Shown one piece after another: positions 60,955 to 64,000 of a stretch of 64,000 nt of DNA. Numbering within the stretch: the first letter of the stretch is position 1; every line of letters starts with the position of its first letter. The DNA is from Escherichia coli O157:H7 (GTDB lineage Bacteria > Pseudomonadota > Gammaproteobacteria > Enterobacterales > Enterobacteriaceae): NCBI RefSeq assembly GCF_013167455.1, contig NZ_CP038328.1, one strand, 5' to 3'. Both the position numbers and the translations under genes were made by a program. Under the pieces are notes generated by a model, which was given only the letters and a program-made list of their open reading frames with translations, searched no databases and had not been told where the DNA came from.

Positions 60955-61896
60955 ATGGAAAAGAGAAAAATTATTCTGGATTGTGATCCGGGTCATGATG
61001 ATGCTATTGCTATAATGATGGCGGCGAAACATCCGGCAATAGATTTATTAGGCATCACTATTGTAGCGGGTAATCAGACGCTTGATAAAACATTAATTAA
61101 TGGCCTGAATGTTTGCCAGAAACTGGAGATTAATGTTCCGGTTTATGCGGGGATGCCACAACCCATTATGCGGCAACAAATCGTTGCCGATAATATTCAC
61201 GGTGATACCGGACTGGATGGCCCGGTATTCGAGCCGCTGACCCGCCAGGCAGAAAGCACTCATGCGGTGAAATACATCATTGATACCCTGATGGCAAGCG
61301 ATGGCGATATCACTCTGGTGCCGGTTGGTCCGCTTTCAAATATCGCGGTGGCAATGCGTATGCAACCCGCGATCCTGCCCAAAATCCGTGAAATTGTGCT
61401 AATGGGCGGCGCTTACGGTACAGGCAACTTCACGCCATCTGCCGAGTTCAACATCTTTGCTGACCCGGAAGCCGCACGCGTGGTGTTCACCTCTGGCGTT
61501 CCATTAGTGATGATGGGCCTCGATCTCACCAACCAGACCGTTTGCACCCCGGACGTGATTGCACGAATGGAAAGGGCAGGCGGCCCTGCCGGAGAGCTGT
61601 TCAGCGACATCATGAACTTCACTCTCAAAACCCAGTTCGAAAACTACGGCCTGGCTGGCGGCCCGGTGCACGACGCCACCTGCATCGGTTATCTGATTAA
61701 CCCTGATGGCATTAAAACCCAGGAGATGTACGTCGAAGTGGACGTCAACAGTGGCCCTTGTTATGGGCGTACCGTCTGCGACGAGCTGGGCGTTCTTGGC
61801 AAGCCCGCTAATACCAAAGTCGGCATCACTATTGATAGCGACTGGTTCTGGGGCTTAGTCGAAGAGTGCGTGCGCGGCTACATCAAAACCCATTAA
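60955..61896 (+). CDS. rihB: pyrimidine-specific ribonucleoside hydrolase RihB (YeiK)
   Basis: 313 aa with the DCDPGHDDA nucleoside hydrolase motif. Confidence 0.94.
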   Translation: MEKRKIILDCDPGHDDAIAIMMAAKHPAIDLLGITIVAGNQTLDKTLINGLNVCQKLEINVPVYAGMPQPIMRQQIVADNIHGDTGLDGPVFEPLTRQAESTHAVKYIIDTLMASDGDITLVPVGPLSNIAVAMRMQPAILPKIREIVLMGGAYGTGNFTPSAEFNIFADPEAARVVFTSGVPLVMMGLDLTNQTVCTPDVIARMERAGGPAGELFSDIMNFTLKTQFENYGLAGGPVHDATCIGYLINPDGIKTQEMYVEVDVNSGPCYGRTVCDELGVLGKPANTKVGITIDSDWFWGLVEECVRGYIKTH

Positions 61897-61995
61897 GTGT
61901 TGATAACAAGCCGGGCCGGTATCGCAAGATGCAGGCCTGGCTATTTCTGATGGGCAGAAAGCCGTCGCCCAATATGACATGAAGAGATAATCACT

Positions 61996-63246
61996 ATGGA
62001 TGTCATGAGAAGTGTTCTGGGAATGGTGGTATTGCTGACGATTGCGTTTTTACTGTCAGTAAACAAGAAGAAGATCAGCCTGCGTACCGTTGGCGCGGCG
62101 TTAGTGTTACAGGTCGTGATTGGCGGCATTATGCTTTGGTTACCGCCAGGGCGTTGGGTCGCTGAAAAAGTCGCTTTTGGTGTGCATAAAGTGATGGCGT
62201 ACAGCGACGCGGGTAGCGCATTTATCTTCGGTTCTCTGGTCGGACCGAAAATGGACACCTTATTTGATGGCGCAGGATTTATCTTTGGTTTCAGGGTATT
62301 ACCGGCAATTATCTTCGTCACTGCACTGGTGAGTATTCTCTACTACATCGGTGTGATGGGGATTTTAATTCGCATTCTCGGCGGTATATTCCAGAAAGCA
62401 TTAAATATCAGCAAGATTGAGTCATTCGTCGCGGTCACTACCATTTTCCTCGGGCAAAACGAAATTCCGGCGATTGTGAAGCCCTTTATCGATCGGCTGA
62501 ATCGCAATGAATTATTTACAGCGATTTGTAGCGGCATGGCCTCGATTGCTGGTTCGACAATGATTGGTTATGCCGCACTGGGCGTGCCTGTGGAATATTT
62601 GCTGGCGGCATCGTTAATGGCGATCCCCGGGGGGATCTTGTTTGCCCGCCTGCTAAGCCCGGCTACGGAATCTTCGCAGGTTTCTTTTAATAACCTCTCT
62701 TTCACCGAAACACCGCCAAAAAGCATTATTGAAGCCGCCGCGACAGGGGCAATGACCGGGCTGAAAATCGCCGCAGGTGTGGCGACAGTAGTGATGGCAT
62801 TCGTCGCCATCATTGCGTTAATTAACGGTATTATCGGCGGCGTTGGCGGCTGGTTTGGTTTTGAACATGCCTCGCTGGAGTCCATTGTAGGTTATCTGCT
62901 GGCCCCACTGGCGTGGGTAATGGGTGTTGACTGGAGTGATGCGAATCTTGCCGGGAGTTTGATTGGACAGAAACTGGCAATAAATGAATTTGTCGCTTAT
63001 CTCAATTTCTCACCCTATCTGCAAACGGCTGGCACTCTGGATGCTAAAACCGTGGCGATTATTTCCTTCGCGTTGTGCGGTTTCGCTAACTTTGGTTCTA
63101 TCGGGGTGGTGGTGGGGGCGTTTTCTGCGGTTGCGCCACACCGTGCGCCGGAAATCGCCCAGCTTGGTTTACGCGCGCTGGCGGCGGCGACACTTTCTAA
63201 CCTGATGAGTGCCACCATTGCCGGGTTCTTTATTGGTTTAGCGTAG
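61996..63246 (+). CDS. nupX: NupC-family nucleoside permease NupX (YeiJ)
   Basis: 416 aa. Paralog of psuT, aligning over the full length with visibly high identity (not computed). Confidence 0.9.
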   Translation: MDVMRSVLGMVVLLTIAFLLSVNKKKISLRTVGAALVLQVVIGGIMLWLPPGRWVAEKVAFGVHKVMAYSDAGSAFIFGSLVGPKMDTLFDGAGFIFGFRVLPAIIFVTALVSILYYIGVMGILIRILGGIFQKALNISKIESFVAVTTIFLGQNEIPAIVKPFIDRLNRNELFTAICSGMASIAGSTMIGYAALGVPVEYLLAASLMAIPGGILFARLLSPATESSQVSFNNLSFTETPPKSIIEAAATGAMTGLKIAAGVATVVMAFVAIIALINGIIGGVGGWFGFEHASLESIVGYLLAPLAWVMGVDWSDANLAGSLIGQKLAINEFVAYLNFSPYLQTAGTLDAKTVAIISFALCGFANFGSIGVVVGAFSAVAPHRAPEIAQLGLRALAAATLSNLMSATIAGFFIGLA

Positions 63247-63260
63247 TGTGCGATTTATGA

Positions 63261-63297
63261 GCCGGATAAGATGCGGTCAAGCGTCGAATCCGGCAAC
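63261..63297. repeat. REP element
   Basis: GCCGGATAAGATGCGGTCAAGCGTCGAATCCGGCAAC. Confidence 0.7.
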
Positions 63298-63301
63298 ATT
63301 G

Positions 63302-64000
63302 TTACACCATTGGCACTAATGAAAGCGCGTTATCGGCAGACAGGGTAGGGTTGTTTAAGCTGCCGCTGGCGCGTGAAATTGCCGCGCAGGCCATCGCAAA
63401 ACGGGCGCTGTCACGGAAATTGTTTCCTTCCAGAAAGCTATATACCAGGCCCGCCATAAAACCATCGTCAGCACCAAAACTGTCTACTGTCGTATGCGCT
63501 GGTGCGGTCAGCAAAAATTGTTCTCCATCCTTTTCGCTGCAATAAACTGACTCATCGGGCAAATAAACAAACAGTTGCTGAACACCTTGCTGATGCAACG
63601 CATTCACTGCAGCATTACGGTCAGCATCGCTGGTGATCGCCTGTCCCCATAAAATTTCCAGCTCCGGTAAAGTGGGTTTCAGGGTGTGAATATGCGCCAG
63701 CCAGTGTTTGATTTTGCCCGCTTTGAATTCTGAAACGGTATCGACAAACACCGGGATCTCACCAGCGAGGGTAAAGACCCATTCCAGCGCCTCGGCTGTC
63801 AGGTTGCAATCAGCCAGTACCACGCCCGCATGACGAAGTAAATCGCGCGACCCGTTCAATAATTGCGGCGATAACTGTTCCAGCAGATGGGTATCGTTAA
63901 TCGCCAGCACGGTTTCATCGTCTCGATTGGCAATTGCCAGATACGTCGATGTGCTTTGACCATGTAAACGAACGCAGCCGGAGACATTCACGCCGGCGCG
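63302..64000 (-). CDS. yeiI: PfkB-family sugar kinase YeiI, N-terminus outside window
   Basis: The frame stays open to the window edge. C-terminal pattern GADDGFMAG. Synteny after nupX. Confidence 0.85.
   Translation of the reverse strand, partial: RAGVNVSGCVRLHGQSTSTYLAIANRDDETVLAINDTHLLEQLSPQLLNGSRDLLRHAGVVLADCNLTAEALEWVFTLAGEIPVFVDTVSEFKAGKIKHWLAHIHTLKPTLPELEILWGQAITSDADRNAAVNALHQQGVQQLFVYLPDESVYCSEKDGEQFLLTAPAHTTVDSFGADDGFMAGLVYSFLEGNNFRDSARFAMACAAISRASGSLNNPTLSADNALSLVPMV

Overview
The window reads as an Escherichia coli-type chromosome segment. It is colinear, in inverted orientation, with the K-12 region yojI-mqo-eco-napFDAGHBC-ccmABCDEFGH-narP-yejO-[proL]-yejMLK-rplY-yejH(radD)-rsuA-bcr-yejG-yejFEBA-rtn-mepS-lpxT-yeiR-yeiQ-yeiP-yeiW-setB-fruBKA-psuKGT-yeiL-rihB-nupX-yeiI. 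Gene names come from my recollection of protein sequences, motifs and synteny. No database search was run. Nearly all of the window is ordinary core genome with densely packed operons. The many antisense ORFs in the track are shadow frames.

The one clear accessory segment is a ~9.6-kb element at 20276-29866, inserted into the 3' end of tRNA-Pro(GGG) and bounded by a 17-bp direct repeat. It encodes:
- a P4-type tyrosine integrase and an AlpA-like protein
- an Arc-like ribbon-helix-helix (RHH) repressor with three operator repeats over a divergent promoter pair
- two Icd-like ORFs flanking a tRNA-like structured RNA that resembles the P1 C4 / P4 CI antisense immunity RNAs
- an SF3 primase-helicase followed by an origin built from TGTTCACC-type iterons
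- a late module with a TerS-like protein, a lone HK97-fold capsid homolog and small ORFs

It has no portal, protease, large terminase, tail or lysis genes. I therefore read it as a phage satellite of P4/PICI type with a hybrid layout.

The points most worth follow-up are:
- the RNA-based immunity cassette
- a phased GTAACTTT repeat array in and upstream of the TerS-like gene
- a duplicated palindrome-plus-28-mer noncoding module at the att-distal end, which could be a packaging site or an sRNA
- phased CACCGGA boxes shared by the int and alpA upstream regions

I found no CRISPR array, rRNA gene or IS element.
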